50,221 nucleotides of DNA, from positions 16,730-66,950 of the forward strand of contig JBBISL010000009.1 in the NCBI GenBank assembly GCA_037441285.1, given 5' to 3'. This document shows, in pieces, positions 8,375 through 16,339 of the stretch (positions are counted from its first letter, which is position 1; each line of letters starts with the position of its first letter). Below the pieces are notes generated by a model that ran no database searches, had not been told where the DNA came from, and was given only the letters and a program-made list of their open reading frames with translations. This DNA is from a candidate division WOR-3 bacterium. GTDB taxonomy: Bacteria > Hydrothermota > Tepidihabitantia > Tepidihabitantales > Tepidihabitantaceae. The position numbers were made by a program, and so were the translations under genes.

Positions 8375-9631
8375 ATGAAGAAAAAACAGAAAAAAGCGGT
8401 AAAGAAAACCGCACGCAAGACGGTTAAAAAAGTTCCCAAGAAAAAAGTAACCAAGAAGACGCCAAAGAAAGCACAGCTGAAGAGTGCGGCGCCGACGCTA
8501 CTTGACAGGAAGCGGGCGGATTTGGCTGGTCCGGGTGTCGGTACCTATGAAGAGGTAGAAAAGGTTTTGCCGACCGATTACCAGCCGATTCTACTACCCT
8601 TGAAGCGGATGGATGCGCTCTTTATGGTCAAGGAGTACATTGAGAAGAACCTGTGCCGGGAACTGAACCTGCATATGGTTCAGGTCCCGTTGATTGTGGA
8701 GCGGGAGTCGGGTGTTAACGACTATCTTGACCGGGATGGTTCGAGGACACCGGTCGAGTTTCCCTGCGGTCTGGGGATTTCTCCACGAATCAACGCCCAG
8801 ATTGTACAGGCGGCGACGAAGTGGAAGCGGATGGCGCTGGCGCAGTTCGGATGCAAGGTGGGCGAGGGGATTTGCACCGATATGCGGGCGGTGCGGAAAG
8901 ATTATTTCCTCGACCACGACCACTCTTCTTATGTTGACCAGTGGGACTGGGAAAAGGTTATTACCGCCGAGGACCGAAACCTTGATTATCTCAAGGATGT
9001 CGTCCGGAAAATCTGGAAGGTGATTGTTGGCGCCTCTCATCTTGTTCAGGAACAGTTCCCGGAGTTGCGCACGGCAAAGTATCCACCGATTCCTGAGGAG
9101 TTGACCTTCATCCATGCCGAGGAGATTCTCGAAATGTACCCGGACTTACCACGAAAGCAGCGGGAGACCAAACTGCTTCAGGAGTATGCACCGGCGGTTT
9201 TTATCATCGGGATTGGCTATCCTCTGGCTGATGGGTTACCCCATGAGATGCGGGCGGCAGACTATGACGATTGGATTACCGACACTTCACACTGGACCGG
9301 TAAGCCGACGCACGGGTTGAACGGCGATATTCTGGTGTGGAATCCGGTGACCAGAAGGCGGCACGAGTTGACTTCAATGGGTATCCGGGTGACGAAGGAG
9401 ACCCTGGTTCTGCAGTTGAAGATGGCGAAACAGGAGCATTTCCTTAAGTTGCCCTATCATCAGGCGATTATGAACGACCGGGTTCCTCTATCAATCGGTG
9501 GCGGCATCGGGCAGTCGCGAACCTATATGTATCTGTTGCGCACGGCGAGCCTGGGTGAGGTTTCGGTTACGGTCTGGCCCAAAGTGCTAAAAGAGATTTG
9601 TGCGAAACGGAACATCGTCTTTCTTGAGTAG
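8375..9631 (+). CDS. asnA: Aspartate--ammonia ligase (asparagine synthetase A) with Lys-rich N-terminal extension
   Basis: KWKRMAL, HSSYVDQWDWEKVI, RAADYDDW, LNGDILVWNP, ELTSMGIRV, SIGGGIGQSR. Confidence 0.93.
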   Translation: MKKKQKKAVKKTARKTVKKVPKKKVTKKTPKKAQLKSAAPTLLDRKRADLAGPGVGTYEEVEKVLPTDYQPILLPLKRMDALFMVKEYIEKNLCRELNLHMVQVPLIVERESGVNDYLDRDGSRTPVEFPCGLGISPRINAQIVQAATKWKRMALAQFGCKVGEGICTDMRAVRKDYFLDHDHSSYVDQWDWEKVITAEDRNLDYLKDVVRKIWKVIVGASHLVQEQFPELRTAKYPPIPEELTFIHAEEILEMYPDLPRKQRETKLLQEYAPAVFIIGIGYPLADGLPHEMRAADYDDWITDTSHWTGKPTHGLNGDILVWNPVTRRRHELTSMGIRVTKETLVLQLKMAKQEHFLKLPYHQAIMNDRVPLSIGGGIGQSRTYMYLLRTASLGEVSVTVWPKVLKEICAKRNIVFLE

Positions 9632-9647
9632 CTAATGCCGGACGATT

Positions 9648-9735
9648 AAAAAATGGTGAGGGTCACGGAAAGCCCAGTTACGCGGCAATTTTGTTGACCG
9701 AGCCGTTTGTAGTGTACCGGGCCTTCGTGCCCTCA
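9648..9735 (-). ncRNA. Candidate ~88 nt structured small RNA (unassigned; Y-RNA-like architecture)
   Basis: 5'/3' stem UGAGGG-CACG-AAG-GCCC-GGUAC pairs with GUAACU-GGGC-UUUC-CGUG-A-CCCUCA; apical CGGUCAACAAAAUUGCCG hairpin; ends CCAUUUUUU; promoter 6 nt upstream. Confidence 0.6.
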
Positions 9736-9741
9736 GTATTT

Positions 9742-9770
9742 AGACTACCGAAAAATCTTTAAAGATTCAA
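9742..9770 (-). promoter_or_regulatory. sigma70-type promoter with overlapping 14 bp palindrome
   Basis: TTGAAT-17-TAGTCT; perfect palindrome AATCTTTAAAGATT at 9754-9767. Confidence 0.55.
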
Positions 9771-9822
9771 GCCCGGCGTGCACAGACATTACCTTCGTCA
9801 TTTATTCACATAACATTATGAT

Positions 9823-11154
9823 ATGTCTGGAGTTATCGATCTGGCAGTAATTGGTGGTGGTGCGGCGGGTCTTGCCTGTGCCCTTGAGGGGGGTAGGTTG
9901 GGGTTGAGGGTGCTGGTTCTGGAAAAGACGGGCCGGTGTGGCAATAAGGTTGCTTTGACCGGGGGCAAAAGGTGCAATTTTACCCATATGGAACCGCCCA
10001 ATTTGATGGCAAAAAGGTTTGATTGTCCAAGAGATAAAATTGTGCCTTTGCTGCGGCAGTTTCCCCCGCATGAGGCGATTAAATTCTTTCAAGCGCTCGG
10101 GATAGAACCACAGGTTGATGAAGACGGATGCGTCTGGGTTAGCAGAAAGAGTTCACCACTATCAATCAAGGGAAGAAACAGGATACCGAGGTGTGGCGAC
10201 CGACCATCAGTCAGGGTGGGGTTGGGAATATCTCGAACCGGTGCTGGTATGTTGCGGGACCGGCTGGTTGAAGCGGTGCTGGAGGCTGGAAGCAAGATAA
10301 AGACAATGGCCAATGTTATGGAGATACTGCCCGACTGGTGGATAGTTCTTAAAAGTGGGGAGAAAATAAAGGCAAGGAGCGTGGTTGTGGCGACGGGCGG
10401 TGCCAGTTATCCCCAAACCGGTTCAACTGGTGACGGGAATCAGCTGGTTCAGGCATTAGGTATCAAAACTACACCATTTTTCCCGGCGCTCGCAGCTTTG
10501 ATGCCAGCGGAGGATATTGAAAATTTTGCAGGAATCAGCCAGCCGGCGGTTGAGGTCGGGCTGAATCTACCAAATGTTGTCCCGAGACAGGGGAATTTCA
10601 TTTTTGCCCACAAGTACATTTCTGGTTCGGCGGTGATGAACATCTCCGGTTTTGCGGCCCGGGCGTTGATGGGTGGTGAGAAGGTAAAACTCAGTGTTGA
10701 CTGGGTGCCGGATAAGAGTTGCGAGGAGTTAAGAGCCTATTTTAATCGTCTGCGGCAGGAGCGCCCGCAGATTCAGGCAAAGACCGCTTTGATTGGGTTT
10801 GTTGCCCGGAAGATAGCGACTTTTATATGTAATCGGGCAGATGTAGTGCCCGATAGCAAATTGAGTAATTTGAGCAAGGCGGCGGTTAGCCGACTGATTG
10901 AAAAACTCAAAGGGACATCGTTTGAGATTATCGGTACCGAGCCGATCGAACGGGCGACCGTGACCGGTGGTGGAGTTAGTCTGGATGAGGTGGATATGAG
11001 GACGATGGAGGCGGTACGGTTTCCCGGACTTTTTATTATCGGCGAGGCGCTGGATATCTGGGCGGAAAGTGGTGGTTACAATTTGCATTTTGCGTGGGCT
11101 TCCGGGGTCACCGCAGCGCGGGCGGTGGCATCATCAGCAGAGACAGGAGAATAG
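9823..11154 (+). CDS. HI0933/BaiN-family NAD(P)/FAD-dependent oxidoreductase
   Basis: IGGGAAGL, KVALTGGKRCNFT, ATGGASYPQTGSTGDG, ATVTGGGV, GGYNLHFAWASG. Confidence 0.92.
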   Translation: MSGVIDLAVIGGGAAGLACALEGGRLGLRVLVLEKTGRCGNKVALTGGKRCNFTHMEPPNLMAKRFDCPRDKIVPLLRQFPPHEAIKFFQALGIEPQVDEDGCVWVSRKSSPLSIKGRNRIPRCGDRPSVRVGLGISRTGAGMLRDRLVEAVLEAGSKIKTMANVMEILPDWWIVLKSGEKIKARSVVVATGGASYPQTGSTGDGNQLVQALGIKTTPFFPALAALMPAEDIENFAGISQPAVEVGLNLPNVVPRQGNFIFAHKYISGSAVMNISGFAARALMGGEKVKLSVDWVPDKSCEELRAYFNRLRQERPQIQAKTALIGFVARKIATFICNRADVVPDSKLSNLSKAAVSRLIEKLKGTSFEIIGTEPIERATVTGGGVSLDEVDMRTMEAVRFPGLFIIGEALDIWAESGGYNLHFAWASGVTAARAVASSAETGE

Positions 11155-11178
11155 GCTCGGCAGGGAAAGGGTCTGACC

Positions 11179-12507
11179 CTAACGGATTACGGTTAGTTTT
11201 GTCTGGTAAGTCTGGTTCAAGCCGACAGTCAGGTTGACAAAATAGATACCAGCCGCGGGGGGATGGAAGGAGAAGCTGTGAGTGCCCGGTGGCAGATTAC
11301 AGTTGGTAAGAAGTGCGGTCTGTCTGCCTGCCGGGTCAAGAACCGTCAAGCGCGCCGGCGTGGTTCGAGAGATGCCAAACTCAATTTGCCAGGAGCCATT
11401 TGCGGGCGTTGCCCGCAACGGAGCGGTGAGAAAGGTTGAGTTTTGTTCGGCGAGGGCAACACCATTAGCGGTGTGGACGAGCATCGAGTCAATAGCAGTG
11501 TTGCCGGCAACATCAGAGGCGCGGATTAGTACCCAGTAGTCACCATCACCAAGCTGGTCAGTTGCCCATTTACCGGCGGTGTCGGTTGCCTCAATGATAC
11601 TGTCGCCATCGGTGTTGGTGACGATGTAGTAATAGGAGCGGTTCTCATAATCACCCTGGGACCGACAGGTGTTATCGTTTTTGTACACCACTGAGACCAG
11701 GGCGTCTTCCAAACGGCCGGAAAATATGACGCCGATGGTCCATGGGACGACAGTTGAACCCCCGGCACTTTTGATTGAGTACTCAATCAAAAAAGGGGCA
11801 AGTTTATCCCAGGTTGGGTTACCAGTAGAGAAACCGGTCCGGTCGTAGATTTTGGCGATGATATCAACATCAACGGTGAGGTTGTTGGGGTTTAAGTAAG
11901 TTGAGGTGTTGTTGCGGCAGAAGGCGAAGCGGGCGTTGGTACGGGCATTTTCAAATACTGGTGGTTCAAGGTCGGTGTTGGGTTGAATGATTGTCAGGGG
12001 GTTCTTGATAAACCACCAGGTAGGCTGGGGGAAACGCTGCCAGGTGGCACCAGTGTCGGAAATACGGGCGAAGTGTAAATGGTCAAAGGTTGCATCAATT
12101 GGCCAGGGGACCAGATAGCCAATTACTTCACCTTCTTGTACCTCATCACCGAGGTTTTTGTGCCAGCGGTCCGGGTCAATGTGGGCGTACAGCCAGCCTT
12201 CAGCCCGACCGGTATAGGTTAAAGGGGAGTCGCAAACCGCGAGACGATAGTGCAGTTCCGCCTGAATCGTGCCCCAGGCTTTAACCCAGCCATGGGCAAC
12301 CGCACGGACCTCAACGCTGCTGGTGTCCGGTGTGATTATATCAATTCCTGGATGAAAGTAGGGAGAGGAGCCGTAGTTCTGGTAGTTACCCCAGTTGTTA
12401 CCTAAGGGGTGGACCTGATTTACCGGTGGAATTGGCCAGTAAGTGGCAGATACTGGCAGGGCAATGAGTGCAGCAAGAATGATAGCATGGATAGTACGGG
12501 TGCGCAT
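11179..12507 (-). CDS. Secreted M23-family metallopeptidase with T9SS-like C-terminal domain
   Basis: Signal peptide; HPGID (HxxxD), YAHI, DHLHF (HxH); C-terminal AGIYFV...TKLTVIR sorting-domain-like tail. Confidence 0.8.
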   Translation of the reverse strand: MRTRTIHAIILAALIALPVSATYWPIPPVNQVHPLGNNWGNYQNYGSSPYFHPGIDIITPDTSSVEVRAVAHGWVKAWGTIQAELHYRLAVCDSPLTYTGRAEGWLYAHIDPDRWHKNLGDEVQEGEVIGYLVPWPIDATFDHLHFARISDTGATWQRFPQPTWWFIKNPLTIIQPNTDLEPPVFENARTNARFAFCRNNTSTYLNPNNLTVDVDIIAKIYDRTGFSTGNPTWDKLAPFLIEYSIKSAGGSTVVPWTIGVIFSGRLEDALVSVVYKNDNTCRSQGDYENRSYYYIVTNTDGDSIIEATDTAGKWATDQLGDGDYWVLIRASDVAGNTAIDSMLVHTANGVALAEQNSTFLTAPLRATPANGSWQIEFGISRTTPARLTVLDPAGRQTALLTNCNLPPGTHSFSFHPPAAGIYFVNLTVGLNQTYQTKLTVIR

Positions 12508-12513
12508 TAATAT

Positions 12514-12541
12514 ATTTTAGCCGGGGATTAACAGATGTCAA
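12514..12541 (-). promoter_or_regulatory. sigma70 promoter (leaderless-type)
   Basis: TTGACA-16-TAAAAT, 6 nt to ATG at 12507. Confidence 0.7.
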
Positions 12542-12594
12542 AGTAAGAACTCAGTGAGAGCAGAAGCAACAAAGACCGGAGGGGGAATTAAGCG

Positions 12595-12622
12595 TTGACA
12601 GGAGGAAGGAAGTTCTTATATT
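12595..12622 (+). promoter_or_regulatory. sigma70 promoter (leaderless-type)
   Basis: TTGACA-16-TATATT, 7 nt to ATG at 12630. Confidence 0.6.
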
Positions 12623-12629
12623 GAGTGAG

Positions 12630-13388
12630 ATGGTGGCACCGTTTGTGCGGTTTGCCCGGTACTACGACCGGTTCATGATGAAGTTTGTGGACTATCAGGG
12701 CTGGATTAACTATATATTGAAAATTTTCCGGCGGTTTAAAGTTATGCCCAGGACAATTCTTGATGTCGCGTGCGGGAGCGGTATCCCCACCGTGCTGCTG
12801 GCGCAGAAGGGTTATCGGATGATTGGCGTTGACCGTTCAAAGGAGATGCTTGAAGTGCTTGAGAGTAAACGGGGCGATTTGCCGATTGAGGTGGTATGCG
12901 CCGACATCAGAGATTTCAAGATTAAGGAAACGGTTGACGCCGCGATTTCACTATACGACAGCATCAATTATCTCTTGACCGAAGAAGACCTCGAACGATG
13001 CTTCCGTTGTGTGTTTGAGAGTTTAAGTAAGCAGGGGATATTTGTATTTGATATGAACACCCTGTATGGACTTTCTGAAGCCTGGGGGACAAGAACACTC
13101 ACCCGCGAGACCGAAGAGGTCGTCTCAATATGGCAAAACAGTTATAACCCGGAAACAAGAATTTCCACTCTCCATTTGACCTTCTGGGAAAAAATGCCGG
13201 ACGGTACCCTTGGGGAGAAGTTCGAGGAGATACACCAGGAGCGCGCTTATACTATAAAAGAGGTTAAGAGGGCGTTGAAGGCGGCGGGGTATTCCCAAAC
13301 ACATTTTTTCCACCATGGCGGTTTTTTCCCGGTTGGTCCTTTAACAGGAAGGATGATGGTGGTGGCACAAAAGGTAGGGCAGATTTGA
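12630..13388 (+). CDS. Class I SAM-dependent methyltransferase
   Basis: FARYYD, ILDVACGSG, GVDRSKEML, DSINYL, FVFDMNT; alternative TTG start at 12621. Confidence 0.9.
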   Translation: MVAPFVRFARYYDRFMMKFVDYQGWINYILKIFRRFKVMPRTILDVACGSGIPTVLLAQKGYRMIGVDRSKEMLEVLESKRGDLPIEVVCADIRDFKIKETVDAAISLYDSINYLLTEEDLERCFRCVFESLSKQGIFVFDMNTLYGLSEAWGTRTLTRETEEVVSIWQNSYNPETRISTLHLTFWEKMPDGTLGEKFEEIHQERAYTIKEVKRALKAAGYSQTHFFHHGGFFPVGPLTGRMMVVAQKVGQI

Positions 13389-13412
13389 AATCTAATTTCA
13401 GCAAGGTAAAAT
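13385..13412 (+). promoter_or_regulatory. sigma70 promoter (leaderless-type)
   Basis: TTGAAA-16-TAAAAT, 6 nt to ATG at 13419. Confidence 0.6.
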
Positions 13413-13418
13413 AGAGCG

Positions 13419-14678
13419 ATGCGATTTATTGCGGACTTACATATTCATTCAAAATATTCCCGGGCGACAAGTCAGGAGATGAACATTCCGGCAATTGCCC
13501 GGGCGGCAAGGATTAAAGGGATTAACCTGGTTGCCACTGGAGACTTCACCCATCCTGAATATTTTGCTTCGTTGCGCGAGCATTTGAAAGTTGCAGAAAA
13601 CGGGTTATATCTTTATGGCGACACTTCTTTTATCCTTTCAACCGAGGTCAATAATATCTATTCCGCTGGTGGTAAGTTGCGCCGTATTCACAACCTGATT
13701 TACTGCCCAAGTCTGGAGAGCGCCCAGAAGATTAATAATATGCTGACCCGTTACGGCAGGCTGGAGGTTGATGGCAGACCGACGGTGAGTATTTCGAGTT
13801 ATGACCTTGTGGCGCGAGTGATTGAAATTGACCCCCGGGCGTTTGTTGTCCCCGCCCACATCTGGACTCCATGGTTCTCGCTTTTTGGCTCGAACTCAGG
13901 GTTCGACTCATTTGAGGAATGTTTTGGTGACCTTTCCGACGAGGTGTTCGCGGTTGAGACCGGTCTTTCTTCGGACCCACCGATGAACTGGCGACTGTCG
14001 GCCCTGGATAAGAAGACCTTGATTTCTAATTCCGATGCGCACTCGCCCAGCCGACTGGGACGAGAAGCGAATGTGTTCAATTGTGAGATGGATTACGATA
14101 CGCTGCGCACTGTGTTGAAGACGAAAGATAAAAGTCGATTTCTGTTTACGATTGAGTTCTTTCCCGAGGAAGGGAAGTATCATTACGACGGGCATCGCAA
14201 TTGCGGGGTGCGGATGAACCCAACCGAGGCGATGCTTTCAGGTAATGTGTGTCCGATGTGCCGGAAACCGCTGACAGTTGGGGTATTACATCGAGTCGAG
14301 GAGCTTGCCGACCGAAAGCCGGGCACCCAACCTGAAGATGTGATACCATTTAAGCATCTGGTGCCGTTGGAGGAAATTATTGCTGAAGCACTGGAGATGG
14401 GTCGGGACACCGCTGGTGTTGCCCGGCGCTACGAAGAGCTGATTAAGGCGCTCGGGAGTGAGTTTGAGATTCTGATGGATGTACCGATTGAGGATATCAA
14501 GCGCGTGGATGCAAGAGTTGGTGAAGGCGTGGAAATGATGCGTCTGGGTCGGGTAACAGTCGAGCCCGGTTACGATGGTGTGTTCGGGGTGGTTCAAGTT
14601 CTACCAGGAGACCGACGGCGGATGGTTGCGATGGAGCAAGATGTTAAAGGTGATGATAAGCAGATGAGGCTGTTTTAG
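13419..14678 (+). CDS. Endonuclease Q family protein (PHP domain + Zn finger)
   Basis: ADLHIHSKYSRATS, PAHIWTPW, ETGLSSD, SNSDAHS, LGREAN, GKYH, CPMC, PGYDGVFG; stand-alone, no UvrD fusion. Confidence 0.88.
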   Translation: MRFIADLHIHSKYSRATSQEMNIPAIARAARIKGINLVATGDFTHPEYFASLREHLKVAENGLYLYGDTSFILSTEVNNIYSAGGKLRRIHNLIYCPSLESAQKINNMLTRYGRLEVDGRPTVSISSYDLVARVIEIDPRAFVVPAHIWTPWFSLFGSNSGFDSFEECFGDLSDEVFAVETGLSSDPPMNWRLSALDKKTLISNSDAHSPSRLGREANVFNCEMDYDTLRTVLKTKDKSRFLFTIEFFPEEGKYHYDGHRNCGVRMNPTEAMLSGNVCPMCRKPLTVGVLHRVEELADRKPGTQPEDVIPFKHLVPLEEIIAEALEMGRDTAGVARRYEELIKALGSEFEILMDVPIEDIKRVDARVGEGVEMMRLGRVTVEPGYDGVFGVVQVLPGDRRRMVAMEQDVKGDDKQMRLF

Positions 14679-14724
14679 GGATGAAGAGCAGAAGTGTCGA
14701 ACAAGAGCATGGGAAAGGGTCGTA

Positions 14725-15222
14725 ATGAAACGGCTCTGGGCACCGTGGCGAGCGGAGTATATTAGCAGTATTACACCGGAGTGTCGTGACTGTCTTTTCT
14801 GTCATTTAAAAAAGATGAGGGACGACAAAAGGAGTTTGATTCTTTACCGGGGGAGGAAGGCGTTTGTCGTGATGAATCGCTATCCTTACAACAGCGGGCA
14901 TTTGATGGTGGCACCATTGCGCCACCTTGCCAGTTTTGAAGAGTTAAAACCTAACGAGGGGTCGGAAATTCTGGAGCTGATGAAGTTGAGTGTAAAGGCT
15001 CTACGGCAGGAGTTTAAGCCCCAGGGTTTCAATGTTGGAGCAAATCTGGGTGCGGTAGCGGGGGCGGGTGTTACGGGTCATCTCCATCTGCACATCGTTC
15101 CCCGCTGGCAGGGAGATACGAATTTTATGCCTATATTTGCCGAAACCAAGGTGGTGAGTGAACACCTGGAAAGAACTTATGAACGGCTGGCGCGGCGGTT
15201 TGCTCAAATTGAACGGAGATAA
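14725..15222 (+). CDS. HIT family hydrolase (FHIT/Ap4A phosphorylase-like)
   Basis: LWAPWR, CLFC, NRYPYNSGHLM, AGAG, HLHLHIVPRW. Confidence 0.92.
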   Translation: MKRLWAPWRAEYISSITPECRDCLFCHLKKMRDDKRSLILYRGRKAFVVMNRYPYNSGHLMVAPLRHLASFEELKPNEGSEILELMKLSVKALRQEFKPQGFNVGANLGAVAGAGVTGHLHLHIVPRWQGDTNFMPIFAETKVVSEHLERTYERLARRFAQIERR

Positions 15223-15230
15223 TAAGTAGT

Positions 15231-15917
15231 ATGGTTAAAGCGGTTGTTTTTGATGTTGACAATACTTTGGTTGATTTCGATAAATGGAAAAGGGCGGCAG
15301 TGGATGCGGCGGTAATGGCGATGATCGATGCCGGTCTGGATTTAACGCCGGAAGCAGCAAAAAAGAAGATTTACAAAATTTACGAGGAGAAGGGGATTGA
15401 GTATCAGGAGGTGTTTAACGACTTTTTGAATGAGGTTCTGGGTTATATCGATTACCGGATTCTGGCGAGTGGGATTATCGCTTATCGTCGGGCGCGGGAG
15501 GGAGCGCTTGTTCCCTATCCTCATGTAAATCTGGCGCTCTTGAAACTTTTTCGGTTGGGCTTGAAATTGGCGGTGGTTTCGGACGCACCGCGATTGCCAG
15601 TCTGGATGCGACTGGTTTCTTTGGGCGTTGACCGGTTTTTTGATGTCGTTGTTACCTTTGACGACACCGGTAAGCGTAAACCAGCGCGGGAGCCGTTTAA
15701 AAAGGTCTTAGAGCTTTTACAGGTTAAACCCAAAGAGGCGATAATGGTGGGCGATTGGGCGGAAAGGGACATTGTTGGAGCAAAGGAGCTGGGGATGATT
15801 ACGGTGTTTGCCCGTTATGGTGATAGTTTTGGAACCCAAAACTCCGGTGCCGATTATGAGGTCAACGACATCTTAGAGTTGATTCCGATTGTTGAGCGGT
15901 TGAATCAGAAAGAATAG
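15231..15917 (+). CDS. HAD-superfamily hydrolase subfamily IA
   Basis: FDVDNTL, KRKP, MVGDWAERDIVGAKELGM. Confidence 0.9.
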   Translation: MVKAVVFDVDNTLVDFDKWKRAAVDAAVMAMIDAGLDLTPEAAKKKIYKIYEEKGIEYQEVFNDFLNEVLGYIDYRILASGIIAYRRAREGALVPYPHVNLALLKLFRLGLKLAVVSDAPRLPVWMRLVSLGVDRFFDVVVTFDDTGKRKPAREPFKKVLELLQVKPKEAIMVGDWAERDIVGAKELGMITVFARYGDSFGTQNSGADYEVNDILELIPIVERLNQKE

Positions 15918-15919
15918 TT

Positions 15920-16306
15920 GTGTCTTTTGACCGACCAGCGATATTCGGGGTGGGTATTGACCTGATGAGTGTGGGGAGAATTCAGCGGGCGATTGAGTGT
16001 TATGGAGGGCGATTTCTTGAGCGGATTTTTTCGCCCGCAGAAGTTGATTTCTGTCAAAAACTTTCTAATCCGTATCCTTCTTATGCCGCCCGTTTTGCAG
16101 CAAAAGAGGCGTTTTCCAAGGCACTGGGTACCGGGTTGCGCGGGTTAGTGTCGTGGCGAGAAATAGAGGTGTGTGACAACGAACGAACCAGACCGACGCT
16201 CAAAGTTACGGGTCGGGCAAAGGAACTGTTGGCGGGACGTCGCGTGCATTTAAGCCTAACTCATTTAGATGATTATGCGGCGGCAGTAGTGGTAATCGAG
16301 GGTTGA
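15920..16306 (+). CDS. acpS: Holo-[ACP] synthase
   Basis: GVGIDL, AARFAAKEAFSKALGTG, HLSLTH. Confidence 0.93.
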   Translation: MSFDRPAIFGVGIDLMSVGRIQRAIECYGGRFLERIFSPAEVDFCQKLSNPYPSYAARFAAKEAFSKALGTGLRGLVSWREIEVCDNERTRPTLKVTGRAKELLAGRRVHLSLTHLDDYAAAVVVIEG

Positions 16307-16339
16307 CTTTTAAAGCGGATAGGTTATTCTTGACCCCCA

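Noticed and set aside
9648..9735. tRNA gene (stem ending in ACCA)
   Set aside because: No D arm, anticodon arm or TTCRA T-loop; folds as a bulged rod, not a cloverleaf
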